Part shown: positions 10,400-23,371 of the stretch, piece by piece
How the letters are laid out: each line of letters starts with the position of its first letter
Position numbering within the stretch: the first letter of the stretch is position 1
Program-made: the position numbers and the translations under genes
DNA from: Eledone cirrhosa
Lineage: Eukaryota
Reading direction: 5' to 3'
NCBI GenBank assembly: GCA_964016885.1
Contig: OZ024756.1
Coordinates: 35,898,001-35,962,000 of the forward strand
DNA: 64,000 nt
Notes under the pieces: generated by a model
The model's database searches: none
What the model saw: the letters and a program-made list of their open reading frames with translations, nothing else
Told to the model about the DNA's origin: nothing

Positions 10400-11135
10400 C
10401 TCAACATTGAATGGTTTTCGGACCAGCTGTGGAAAGTTCTGCAGGAGTATGAGATCGCTGGACAGCTTCTTGTTACCCTGTTGTCTCTATACAAATGCCC
10501 TAGTATTTGTGTTCAGATAAATGGTACTAAATGGAAACTATTCAATGTGAGAGTTGGTCTCTGCCAAGGGTGTGTACTGTCACCTCTCCTGTTCATAATA
10601 TTCATGAACTGGATCAACATGTGCAGCCAGGCTGGAAGTGGTATCAAGTTTGGCAGGTGTAGGATCAGTCGGCTGGGATTTATAGATGATATGGTATTAA
10701 CTCCTGAGAGGGCAATCTCTGATATGCACTTGAGTGCAGCATGACTGGAATTAAGCTCAGTGCTGCAAAGACAAAGACACTCATCCTCTTAAGGAAGCCT
10801 GCGCAGTGCAAACTATATGTGAGTGGAGTGGAGTTCCACTGAAGTAGGTGGAGAAGTTCAAGTATCTTGGGGCTGTGTTCACAAGTGATGGAAGGCAGGA
10901 AGCTGAATTAAGTAAAGAATTGCAACAGCTCATGCAGTAATGTGCCAGCTTCAGCATTCTGTAATCAGAAGAATGAAGGGAAGTGTCAAAAGCCAAACTC
11001 ACTAACTTCAATTTGGTATTGGTGCCAACACTTACCTATGATCATGAATCTTGGGTAATGACCAAAATTATAGGATCGCAAATACAAGCGGCCGAAATGG
11101 AGTTCCCCCTAAGGGTCTTTGCAGTAACCTCCAGG
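10400..11135 (+). mobile_element. Decayed RTE-clade LINE reverse-transcriptase fragment
   Basis: LWKVLQEYEI...FNVRVGLCQGCVLSPLLFIIFM...ISRLGFIDDMVL, then VEKFKYLGAVFTSDGR and LTYDHESWVMT...IQAAEMEF, with stops and frameshifts. Confidence 0.88.
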
Positions 11136-12209
11136 AATAAGTGGATGACGAAGAAATGAAGGGTTAGTAGAGAAACTATGAAAAATACATGAACTACACA
11201 AATTTGTAATGGAAGAGTAATCAATGTAAATATTTGTATTTAAAAATAAACTTTATTTATAATTTATTTTATTGTTGTTTTCCATAAATTGAAGTAAGAT
11301 TAACACCTTTGATGTTATTTTTTATGGTACAGATACACTAGTATACATATATATATATACATATGGTACAGATACACTAATATACATATATATAAATATA
11401 TATATACATACATATATGTATATGTATATGTATATGTATGTAAGTATATATATGTATGTATGTATATATATACATACATATATATATATGTGTGTATATA
11501 TATGTCATCATCATCATCTCCATTTAACGTCCATTTTTCCACGCTGGCATAGGTTAAATGAGTTATCCTGTTGTGAAGAATGCCAGGTCAGGTGACCATG
11601 TCCATACCAGTACAGTCTTCTTTCTCTCTCCCACACTACCTTTGATTCCTCTCACACCTAGTTTTTCTCTCAACCTATTCATGTTTTGTCGCTGTCCATG
11701 CATATTAACATCCCACATCCATCAAAGCCTGCTCGCTTCATTACTCTCCAGCCTTTGCAGTTCCATGCAACATCACACTTCACATGCAGGTATTATACAG
11801 CTGGCCTTTCGTTTGTAGAGAGAAACATTTTGTTGTCAACAGAAGCAATAGTTCTCTGAACTTTTTCTAGCCTGTTCTATCATTCTAGCTACTATACGTT
11901 CAGAGCAATCTTCTCCACTAACTACCCGAGTAACCTAGGTAACAAAAGCTATCAACTACTTCTCTCAAACTTTCCCTGTGATTGGAGACAGTTTATTACA
12001 CTAGGGCTTTTACTACTAACTATCCCTTACAAAATCTACTTTTTCTGTTAGTCTGCCAACAACCCCATTACATATAGATGTATATATGTATGTATAAGTA
12101 TGCTTACACACACACTCACACACATATATATATATATATACACACACAATTATTCTGACTGTCGGGTCATGTGTATATTTTACAAGCATACCCACACAAC
12201 CTAGCTATA

Positions 12210-12241
<32 letters not shown>

Positions 12242-12356
12242 CATATATATACATATATAAGTATAATAATATATCATCATCATCATCGTTTAATGTCTAT
12301 CTTCCACGCTAGCATGGGTTTAGCATATATGTATATATATATGTATATATATATAC

Positions 12357-12411
<55 letters not shown>

Positions 12412-12554
12412 CACACATCAGTGATACTGTGCTATATGTTATCATAATCAAATGTGATAGCCATCTGTCTCTCCCCTCCACCACCACATAGACTCCCACC
12501 CACTCTGGCACACTTAGGGTTCAGCTGTTTTCTAATCTACCCCAACACCCTTAC

Positions 12555-12713
12555 CACTGCCATTTAAATCCAGCTTCAGCAGTGCTGTTAGGGCAGGGGA
12601 ACTGTGTGTGTGTGTGTGTGTGTGGTGCGGAGGCCCTGGTGAGGTGTAGTTAGTATAGAAATGTTTCCATACACCTTTGCCAAGATAGTCTAAGAGTTTA
12701 GCCCATTCTGGAT
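12555..12713 (-). CDS. Candidate internal exon (159 nt, phase 1-1) of an unidentified minus-strand gene
   Basis: ttgttgttttgagctcag|AT CCA GAA TGG... (D)PEWAKLLDYLGKGVWKHFYTNYTSPGPPHHTHTHTHSSPALTALLKLDLNGS G|GTAAGG; the other two frames are closed. Confidence 0.3.
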
Positions 12714-12735
12714 CTGAGCTCAAAACAACAACAAC

Positions 12736-12787
<52 letters not shown>

Positions 12788-12789
12788 GT

Positions 12790-13320
12790 TTATTTATTGG
12801 CCACAAGGGCTAACATGAAGAAAAACATTACAGACGGCACAGGACGATACAAAGTGGGTTTTGGCCGTGTAAAAAGGTTATAAAAGACAGAAATGTGTAA
12901 AATAAATTCAAATTCAAACAACAAAAATTCCCCAATAAGGGGGAAGCTTCCGAGGGTCACTCATGGCGAAAACCACACAAAAGACCATGGCCACCCTGAC
13001 CACAAGGCAAGCGCCCTCTCTCAGTTTTCCCACTCCTCAGTCTACAGGAGCATACTCAGAGTCGGCCCGTTCACTCGGACCAGATTTGCCACTCTCGCCC
13101 ACCTTTCAACAAACTTATTAAAAGACAGCACTTGTCTTTCCACCCTGATTTTCCTCTTCAAGTGAAACTTGAAAAAGTTAATCAGGGATTGGCCAGAGAG
13201 GAAAGTGTCCGTTTTCAACCCTTTCAACCTTGTACACCACACAATCTCTTTCATCATGGCCACCAAGCAGATGAAGACTGCTTGCCCTTCCTCCTCTTTA
13301 AAGGAGGATGGCAGGGCTTC
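12790..13320 (-). mobile_element. Tx1/L1-like non-LTR retrotransposon 3' end
   Basis: ORF2-like C-terminus MKEIVWCTRLKG...FHLKRKIRVERQVLSFNKFVERWARVANLVRVNG, then a 3' UTR, AATAAA and an (ATT)n tract. Homologous to 47474-47790. Confidence 0.7.
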
Positions 13321-13675
13321 TCAGGTGCACTACAACTCATCAAAGGTGCATGTATAGTACATAGAATAATATACAAATGTCAGGAAAATGAACAGAGTAC
13401 GAGTCATGAAATATATGTTTTGCATGTGTATGGAGGGGAGGGGGGACATCAGGTGTAGTGTTGGCGAATCTCAGGAAGCATGGAAGTTTTAAAGGATGCT
13501 GTGTCTCGACAGCTAACAACTGATGCAGGTAGTTTGTTCCATGCTTCAGCAACTCTGAGCATGAAAAAATGTTTCCGAAAGTTATGGGAGCTGTGCTGTT
13601 TTCTGACTTTGTAGGCTTGCCCACGTGTGTTAGACACATGGAAATCTAAAGAGTGTTCAGGGTTGTTGTTGGCTA
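13320..13675 (-). mobile_element. CR1-clade LINE 3' end
   Basis: NTRGQAYKVRKQHSSHNFRKHFFMLRVAEAWNKLPASVVSCRDTASFK is the CR1 C-terminal TRGH..K....RK.FF..RV...WN.LP..VV motif. Shorter 3' copies at 14560-14690, 27925-28130 and 50540-50575. Confidence 0.85.
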
Positions 13676-14134
13676 GCATTTAAACTGGCCATATCTGGCC
13701 AGAATTCCCTCACCTCTTTCTGTTCAAACTGACCATAACCAGCCGCTCATACTGTTGTTATGGTATTGTTCTCTAAATAAATAACATCAAAATCTCATAG
13801 ATTCGATATAACATGAAATAATTATGTAAGCTTAAGCCTTTACCACAAAAATACAGTAGTAAAATATAGAGTAATGTAAATGCTAAAGGGTTAAAGCAGT
13901 GTGGGATCTTAGAACTTTTTCAAAGATTCTCCGAGTCCATATCTATATCTTGGATATAGATATGGGCTTGGACTGTCATCACACCACCTTAATTTCAGTA
14001 AGACATTAGGTAAAACAAAAATTGTTTTAGACGGAGGTTTATTCACATACAGGTACAAAAGTCCAGCCTTGTCACATTGTGTTATACGATTCTGACAGAG
14101 AATTACATTAAGGGTACACATTTATTTATTTTAT

Positions 14135-14356
14135 TTAACCCTTTAATGTTCAAACCAACCAGTCAAAATTATCTACCTCTTTCTGTTGAAAGTGGCTGTA
14201 ACTGGCCACTCATACTGATGTTAAGGTATTGTTCTCAAAATAAATACTTTCAAAATCTCATAGATTCGATATTATGTGAGATAATTATGCGAGGTAAAGC
14301 CTTTACCATGAAAATATAATAGTATATATAGAGTAATGTGAATGCTAAAGGGTTAA
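14135..14356 (-). mobile_element. piggyBac-like MITE (~220 bp)
   Basis: TTAA-CCCTTTA...TAAAGGG-TTAA ends. Further copies at 13675-13893, 31648-31890, 36765-36988, 42775-43000 and 43150-43630. Confidence 0.75.
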
Positions 14357-14699
14357 ACGTCCGTAGAGCTAGTAAGCCATGTCAGGCTAAGGGAAGTATC
14401 AAGTACTCCTTGCTGTTGGTAATAATAATAATTATTTCGACTTTTGGCACAAGGCCAGCAAGTATTCCAGTGCATTACAGGTACTTTATTTTATCGACCC
14501 CATAAGGATGAAAGGCAAAGTTAACCGCCCTTGGTAATAATAATAATGATAATCACATGCATGCACGTGTCTGTGTGTATATCATGATTCATACACTGTT
14601 TACTTTCCTGACATTTGTACATTAGTCTATGTACTATACATGCACCTTTGATGAGTTGTAGTGTACCTGAGCACTGTATAGAATAATTTTCATCATCGC

Positions 14700-14878
14700 A
14701 ATATCGGTAGAACGTCAGACACCACGCTTTGCAGCATAGTTATAGCCCTTTACGTTCTGAGTTCAAGTCCCACCGAGGTTAACTTTGCCTTTCATCCTTA
14801 CGGGGTCGATACAATAAAGTACCAATAATACACTGGGGTGATTGCTGGCCTTGTGCCAAAAGTAGAAACAATTATTAT
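14700..14878 (+). mobile_element. Deu/Nin-domain-like tRNA-SINE
   Basis: ctgagttcaagtcccaccgaggttaactttgcctttcatccttacggggtcgatacaataaagtacc. Other copies: 6835-6950(+), 14430-14530(-), 16826-17040(+), 17825-18022(-), 24535-24742(+), 25414-25606(-), 27150-27302(-), 35365-35452(-), 43300-43580(-, two), 46376-46560(-), 51018-51272(+ and -), 56436-56650(+). Confidence 0.85.
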
Positions 14879-15144
14879 TTAAAAAAAAATATTCCTATGA
14901 GAAGTTGGTAAAGTGTACTTTAAAATACCTCAGTTCCTTTGGAGAGAGGAAATTCATATAGGTTACCACGGCAATCCTTTTACACCTAGTGAACTCATTC
15001 CAGAATTAGAATCACCATAGTAACACCAGGAACATGCAGTTTCTTCTTCTTCTTCTTCTTCTTCTTCTTTTTCAACACCATCATCATGACCACCACCAAC
15101 TACAACACTGCTACAGTGGTGTACTAAGTACAAAACGATGTAAT

Positions 15145-16620
15145 GTCACCACCACCACCCTCACCTTTACCAACACCACCACCCTCACCTTTACCAACAC
15201 CACCACCAACAGTAACATCACCATCACCACCACCACCACCACCACCACCCTCACCAACATCAACACCTTTACCACCACCACCAACAACAACATCATAATC
15301 ACCACCATCACCATCATCAACACCATCACCACTGCCACCAACATCACCACCACCACCATCATCACCCCCATCAACAACAACATCACCATCACCACCACCA
15401 CCACCAACAACAACATCACCCACACCGTCACCATCACCAACATCAGCACCACAACCACCACCAACATCAACATCACCAGTAACATCCCCTTCACCACCAT
15501 CACCATCAACAACATCACCACGACCATCACCACCACTACCGTCACCATCATCACCACCACCGCCATGATGCGATGTCACATCACCGCTACCGTCACCATC
15601 ATCACCACCATCATCAACAACATCACCACTACCACCACCAACAGTAATAGCCCCTTCACCACCACCACCGCCGCCGCCATGATGTGATGTCACAACTAAA
15701 GTTTAGTCAGTGATCATGTGAAAGTTAGTAACTGTGTCCACTCTTGATATTCTACTATTGTTGTCATGGTGACAGTTTTGGCAGAATGTTCTCTACCTCC
15801 TTCAAGTGTTTATTACCACATCCTGTGTGTCTTCAGTTACGTTCACTGGAAACTAAGCATCATCATCGTCATCATCATCACTGTCATTGTCATTGTTATT
15901 ATTGAAATAGCCATAATCATCATCATCAACATGTCCTCCCACTACCACCACCACCACCACCATCATCACTCAACATACCACCACCACCACAACAACAACC
16001 TCCATTACCACCACCACCAACATACATACACCAGTATCACCACCAACACCAACATACACCACCACCACCACCATCACCAACATACATACACCAGTATCAC
16101 CACCAACACTACCACCACCATCACCAACATACATACACCAGTATCACCACCAACACCACCACCACCATCACCAACATACATACACCAGTATCACCACCAA
16201 CACCAACATACACCACCACCACCATCACCAACATACATACACCAGTATCACCACCAACACTACCACCACCGCCATATATACATACACCAGTATCACCACC
16301 ATACACTACCACCACCAACACCAACATACATACACCAGTATCACCACCAACACCACCATACACTACCACCACCAACACCAACATACATACACCAGTATCA
16401 CCACCGCCATATATACATACACCAGTATCACCACCAACACTACCACCACCAACATACATACATATTACCACCAACACCAACATACACCATCGCCACCACC
16501 ATCAATATACATACATACTCCAGTATCACCAACACCAACATACACCACCACCAACACCAACATACATAAATACGTATCACCACCAACACCACCACAACTT
16601 ACACCACCACCTCCACCATC
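15145..16620. repeat. (CAC/CAT/CAA)n low-complexity tracts and ACATACATACACCAGTATCACCACC minisatellite
   Basis: Direct inspection; this explains the T-, H-, V- and G-rich ORFs on both strands. Confidence 0.9.
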
Positions 16621-17149
16621 ATTAAAATGTAAACGGATCCTCAATCAGTTTCCATAATGACTGTTCCAGTTGTTAAAGCCACTGAACTGCCTCTTAATTG
16701 AATCATAAATGGCTGAGTATTCCACAAACATGTGTACCTTAAACATAATATCCAGGAAGACACTGTGTTGTAAGGCTGCACACGTTGAATAAGACCCACC
16801 ATCCATCTTGTATTATAATGTAAAAGGGCGGTAGATCGGCAGAGCATCGGACAACATGCTTCGTGGCTTAGAGTTACGCCCCTTTATGTTCTGAGTTCAA
16901 ATTCTGCCGAGTTAGCTTTGCCTTTCATCCTTAAGGGGGTCGATAAAATAAAGTACCAGTAATATACTGAGATCGATTTAATCAACTTTCCCCTCCTCCC
17001 AGATCGCTGACTTTGTGCCTAAAGTAGAAATCATTATTATGTAAGTGGTTGAGTATTTCACAAATAGTTGTACCCTTAAGATAATCCTTATGTAGAATCA
17101 GCGTGACAGAATATGTAACAATGGTGCACACTTTGAATTACTGGTACAT

Positions 17150-17520
17150 ATAATCTTGGGTAATGACTGAAAAATATGAACCCAAATACAAGCGGCTGAA
17201 ATGGGCTTCTTCCGAAGGATCTTTGGAGTTACCGTTGCTTGATAGAGTGCGTAGCTCGGCGATCAGAGTCACTCCAGGTAGAGCGACTACTTCTCTAAAT
17301 TGGAGTATCACAGCTCCGATTCTATGGGCATGTGGTTAGAATGTCTCAGGAAAGAATCGCTGGACCGATCTGTAGCTCGAAGATTAGAGAGACACTCTAG
17401 GTAGAGCAACTACTTCTCCGAATTGAGAGATCACAGCTCCGATACTATGGAGATGTGGTTAGAATGTCTCGGGAAAGAATCGCTGGACAGATTTTATGGG
17501 CAAAAACCAACTGCCTGGTT
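17150..17520 (+). mobile_element. RTE-clade LINE C-terminal fragment with internal duplication
   Basis: SWVMTEK...IQAAEMGFFRRIFGVT...LLLRIERSQLRYYGDVVRMSRERIAGQIL. The segment ggtagagc...gaatcgctggac occurs twice (about 17277 and 17400). Confidence 0.8.
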
Positions 17521-17679
17521 GGACTTAACGTAAATAGGGAGTGTTAGACGAATTATTCTGTTGTATTCTAGGCTTTACAGCACAACAATACCAATAAGGA
17601 GTATCAGTTAATAACACTATCATATATCTAGAGTATAAAACGAGGAATGCAGTGAGATTCCATGCTGCAGTATATAAAA

Positions 17680-18690
17680 AATAGGGAGTATTAATGACTC
17701 ATTCTATGACATTTGATGCTGTCGTAGAAATATGTGTATTGCTGGCAACAGGGTTATAGGAAGTACTGGTGGTTCAATCTGTGATATTCGATGCTATGAC
17801 ATGAGTCTGTATAAGATATTGGTATCTGATTTAGGCACAAGGCCAACAATTAGGGGGGAGAGGAAAGTCGATTAGATCGACCTCAGTGCATTACTGGTAC
17901 TTTTTTTTTATCGATCCCCGTAAGGATGAAAGACAAAGCTAACCCCGGCAAGATTTGAACTCAGATCGTAACCCTATGCCATAACGCATGTCCAACGCTC
18001 TACTGATACTGCCAAGCCGACTTATTATGGGGAGTATTGGTGCTTCATGCTGTGGTAGAAGTGTGTGCATGATATTGCTAGCACCAGGGTTATAGGAGGT
18101 ATTGATGGCTCGGTTTGTAATATTTAATGCCATGGTGAACATCCATGTATGATATTGCTTGTAGCAGGGAAGATCGGTGGCTCAATATATGATATATGAG
18201 TATGTGATAGAGGTCCATGTATGGTAGTGGCGTTAACGTTCTGATTACAGAGAGTATTGGTGACTGTGATACCTGATGCTATATAAGATGTTGCCGGCAA
18301 TCGATTTATAGGGAGCATTAGTGCCTCGGTCTGTGATATTTAATGCTATGGTAGAGATTAATGTAAGGTATTGCTGGTAATAGAGTTATAGGGAGTATTA
18401 GTGCCTCAGTCTATATGTGACGCTATGACATCTATGTAAGATATTGTCTGCAAGAGGGAGAATTGTTGGCTCTGTCTATGATATGCGATGTTATGACAGA
18501 CATCTATGTTAAGATATTGTCGACAATGAGGTTATTATAGAGAGTATTACTGCCCGCACCAGTCTGTGATAATTTGATGCGTTGATATTATCGGCAACAA
18601 AGAGTTATAAGGAGAATCGGTGGCTCAGTTAGTGATATATGATGCTATGACAGAAATCTACGTAAGATATTGCCGGCAACAGGCTTCCAA
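17680..18690. repeat. Old degenerate minisatellite (~65-75 bp units) interrupted by a SINE
   Basis: Recurrent gatattgctggcaacagggttatagggagtattggtggctcagtctgtgatat..gatgctatg. Confidence 0.7.
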
Positions 18691-18779
18691 CAACATATTT
18701 CCACCAGTTGAATATGTTGCTGCTTTGCTAAGCTCCCACTTGCCGACAACGACATAACAGCTTTTCCATTTGTTGCTAC

Positions 18780-19760
18780 TTTCATTGTCTTTCGCTCTCC
18801 CACTTCCACTCATACTCTCTTTCTCTCTCATTGTTTTTCGCTCTCCCATCCCACTTATACACACATTCCTTCTCTCTCTCATTGTTTTTGTTCTCCCACT
18901 TCGACTCATACACTCTCTCACTTTCTCACTCTCTCATTTTCTTTTTGCTCTCCCACTTCCACTCGGTTACTTATCCGTTTTTTCTCTCTCTCTCTCTCAT
19001 AACAGTCTTACTGTTTCTGCTTTTTATAACACTTTCTCTCTCTCAGTGTCCTTACACCTCCCCTTCTTTCTCTCTCTCAGTGTCCTTACACCTCCCCTTC
19101 TTTCTCTCTCTCATTGTCTTTACACCTCTCCTTCTTTCTCTCATTGTCTTTACACCTCTCCTTTTTCTCTCTCTCTCATTATCTTTACGCCTCTCCTTTT
19201 TCTCTCTCTTATTGTCTTTACGCTTCTCCTTCTTTCTCTCTCATTATCTTTACACCTCCCCTTCTTTCTCGCTCTCATTATCTTTACACCTCCCCTTCTT
19301 TCTCTCTCTCTCTCATTGCCTTTACGCCTCCCCTCACAACAGTTTTACCGTTTCGGTTCTTTCTCGCTGGGTTTTTTTTACGACTCTCTTTCTCTCATAC
19401 ACATGTTCATTCTTTCTTTCCCTTTTCTCCCTCCCTTCCCTCCTCTTTCTGTTCAAATAAATCACCCTCTTACTCTGTTACTCCCTTTTTTTCTCTATCT
19501 CTCCCAACACTTTACTACTCACTTCTTTATATTTCTCTTTCTTTTAAACTTTCTCTCTCTACAGTCCTTTCCCTCTCTCTCTCTCCTTCTCTCACCTGTT
19601 TTACCCCTCTCACTCATTTAATCAACCATTCTGTTCCCCCCTCTCTCTCTTTAACTCAGCTTTTACTGTTTCAGCTCCCTCTCTAACATTCCTATCTCTC
19701 TCTCTGTATTTCACTCCTCCTCCTTCTATCGTCCAGAACTTCACTTTCCCCCTCCCTCTA
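18780..19760. repeat. ~1-kb polypyrimidine (CT-rich) tract with ~30-35 bp subrepeats
   Basis: tcattgtctttacacctccccttctttctctctc units. Confidence 0.85.
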
Positions 19761-20061
19761 TCGTACACACAATTACGTTCACCATACCATTCAACTAAGA
19801 TGTGAAACTAATGACTTCCTTTTAATCAACCCAACACTTTTTCTCGCCATAGATATTGTGGTGTTGTTGGTTGAGTTCATACATAACAAGCTTGTCACAT
19901 CAACAACAAATATATATAAACATCCATACACACACCCATATATATAAACACACGTATATATATATACATACATATTATATATACACACACCTATAAGCAT
20001 TTATATTTATACATATATTGAAACACATATTTACATTTTCTTTTTCTATAAGCACCCCTAC

Positions 20062-20093
<32 letters not shown>

Positions 20094-20871
20094 GGACTAT
20101 GAGAGTGTATGTATGTATGAGTGCGTGCATGATTACATTTTCTGTAAGGGAGAAGGCTGACTTTTTCCCCTGCTGCCGGGGAAAAGAGTGATTTTGTTTT
20201 CTCTTCTCAACAACTTAAACAAGACACACGTATATACACAGATTTACACATACATACATACATTCACGGTATTGGAGGTCGGTTTGGCCTACCACTAGGA
20301 CAACAACAACGAGAAGAAGACTAGCTAAATGGCTAGGTGCTTGCTGGTGCTTCTAATAAGCTCAAGTGGATGGTTTTAGTTGTTTGTAGGAGAGAGGAAG
20401 GATAACGGAGGCCTAGAATCAGCAGGTTGTTACCTTAATTAGGTTTGTTAACCTACCTGTCATCCTGGCCACCTATCACATTTCATTGTAAGTTAACACT
20501 TTTATTATTTTCTTCTCCCTATTTTTCATATATTTTCAGTCGTGTTTATATTACTTGCTGCTCTATACATCTTACCATATCATAGCAGCATCAGGTCTTT
20601 TTTGTACACTTTCATAAACCACCCTTGTTTTTTCTGATCTGTCATATTTCTATACATGTGATATATATATATAGTTATAGTATGATTGAAATTTTATACA
20701 CTGAACATGATTAAGTCTATGAAATTTTGATTATACTAAATTAGCTCTCTTTTATAATAGATCGCGTTTTGTTTTCCTTGGCTTTTTATCTACAGATTCC
20801 CTGCATATATATATATAAACACGAACTGTGTATAAAACCATGTCTACAAATGTTTATATCATGTGCCATAT

Positions 20872-20956
<85 letters not shown>

Positions 20957-21335
20957 TATATATATATATAGGTCTATATATGTTTCTCACAGTTTATATA
21001 CAAAGCGTATTTAATGTATTTCACTGATTCTATTCACGTATGTTTTCATTGTTGCTGGTCAGTCATTTAATATGGGTAGAGATATTGTAGTCATCGCATA
21101 CACACACATAATGTGTGTGTATTTATATATATATTATACAGTATATATATAAACTCAGGCATATGTATGTCTGAGTCTATATACTGTATAATATGCTATG
21201 CATACTTACCTATACCAGCTTCTTTAGTATACACTGTTCTCTATACATCGGATTAGTACATAGTACCTTTCACATACTCTAGTTTGCACCCTTCCGTATT
21301 ACCTTTCACGCACTAGCACGCACATTGCTCTTAAC

Positions 21336-21370
<35 letters not shown>

Positions 21371-22096
21371 TCTTGCATTATATCTATTAATAATGTATAT
21401 AGATAAAACCGACAAATACAAACTATGTATATATTTATATATATATTTATACACACACATATATACATACACATGCAATCTCCCCAAATTTTGTAATGGG
21501 GCAATTGGTGTATATATACACTTTACATTCATATTGAGTATTTTTTCGGAAGTGGGGGATTGAATTATACACACACACACACACACACGTATGCGTGTTC
21601 CACAAGTGTCAATCGCGGTGCATTTTAATCTAGATTATCATCCACACACACTCACACAAACACATATACACATGTGTATTGTGCACCACATAATGTGTGT
21701 ACCTGGTTATAAAGAAGGAATATGTTCACACCTGCCATGAGTCAGGATATATATAGTTTGTAGTCTGTATATAACAATATGTGTATATAGTCTATATATA
21801 TTACACATGGAATAGGAATGATGGTGGTGTACTTTTACTAAGTCAGATGTCGTGGGTGGGCGGTGGTGGTGGTTAACTCTATGGTAGCTCTGATCAGAGT
21901 GTCAGCCACAGTATATCTAGGACTACATTATATAGCGTTTTCTTAAGATGGTAAGGCGTGTAATTTGAAAGTGAGTGAGAGCGATTTGGCTGCTATTTCT
22001 AAAATGGCGGACAACTACTTAGAGGCCCTCTCAGGTTACATGTAAATGCATGTGATATACATACATAAATAAACTCCTGATGATTTCAAACGAACA

Positions 22097-22099
<3 letters not shown>

Positions 22100-22136
<37 letters not shown>

Positions 22137-22139
22137 ATA

Positions 22140-22172
<33 letters not shown>

Positions 22173-22189
22173 ATATATATGTATATATG

Positions 22190-22260
<71 letters not shown>

Positions 22261-22373
22261 GTATATATATATGTATGTATGTATATATATATATATATAT
22301 ATGTATGTATATATGTATATATATATATATGTATATATATATGTATATATATATATATATGTATGTATATATG

Positions 22374-22407
<34 letters not shown>

Positions 22408-22462
22408 TGTATGTATATATGTATATATATATATATATATATGTATGTATATATGTATATAT

Positions 22463-22494
<32 letters not shown>

Positions 22495-22537
22495 GTATAT
22501 ATATATGTATATATATATATGTATATATATATATGTA
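22100..22537. repeat. Long (TA)n/(TATG)n microsatellite
   Basis: Direct inspection. Similar tracts at 41500-42260, 47030-47380, 49340-50040 and 61010-61760. Confidence 0.95.
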
Positions 22538-22861
22538 TCGCAAAATAGGCATTTATTTCACATGTTGCATTATTTTCAGCTAATTATCTTATATAATCAG
22601 CTTGTCATACACACACACATATATGTGTATATATATACATACATACATATATACATACACACACGATTGAACATGCATGGAAAGCTATTAGAATCAGGTG
22701 GTTTATGGTAATTTCTAAACGACATCAGCAATCTCTCTCTCCCTCTCACAGTGATGTGGAGATTATCTAAGTCAGCATCACCATTATTATAAATAACAAA
22801 CAGTATTTAGTCTAATCCCTACATAGATTTACGTTAATTCCACTCATTTATCGGTATCTAC

Positions 22862-22894
<33 letters not shown>

Positions 22895-22899
<5 letters not shown>

Positions 22900-23029
22900 G
22901 TGTGTTTAATTATATAAATCATTTGTTAGTCTGTTTACCAATATATATATGTGTGTGTATATATATATGTATATATTGTGTGTTTAATTATATATATCAT
23001 TTGTTAGTCTGTTTACCAATATATATATA

Positions 23030-23086
<57 letters not shown>

Positions 23087-23227
23087 TATGTGTGTTTAAT
23101 TATATAAATCATTTGTTAGTCTGTTTACCAATATATATATGTGTGTGTATATATATATATATATGTATATATTATGTGTGTTTAATTATATATATCATTT
23201 GTTAGTCTGTTTACCAATATATATATA

Positions 23228-23284
<57 letters not shown>

Positions 23285-23325
23285 TATGTGTGTTTAATTA
23301 TATATATCATTTGTTAGTCTGTTTA

Positions 23326-23335
<10 letters not shown>
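22895..23335. repeat. Compound tandem repeat, 5 copies of a unique core plus variable (TA)/(TG) microsatellite
   Basis: tgtgtgtttaattatata(a/t)atcatttgttagtctgtttaccaatatata occurs five times. Confidence 0.9.

Positions 23336-23371
<36 letters not shown>

Noticed and set aside
12555-12580. KLDLNGSG as an EF-hand loop
   Set aside because: The motif is cut by the predicted donor, and no downstream exon completes a canonical loop.
15034-16569. Thr/His/Gly-rich ORFs, likewise 33292-34043, 37198-38955 and 56650-57372
   Set aside because: They are translations of (CAC/CAT/GGT)n simple repeats that are open in several frames.
22031-22711. YI/CV/HT-repeat ORFs throughout the window
   Set aside because: They are (TA)n, (TG)n and (CA)n microsatellite artefacts.
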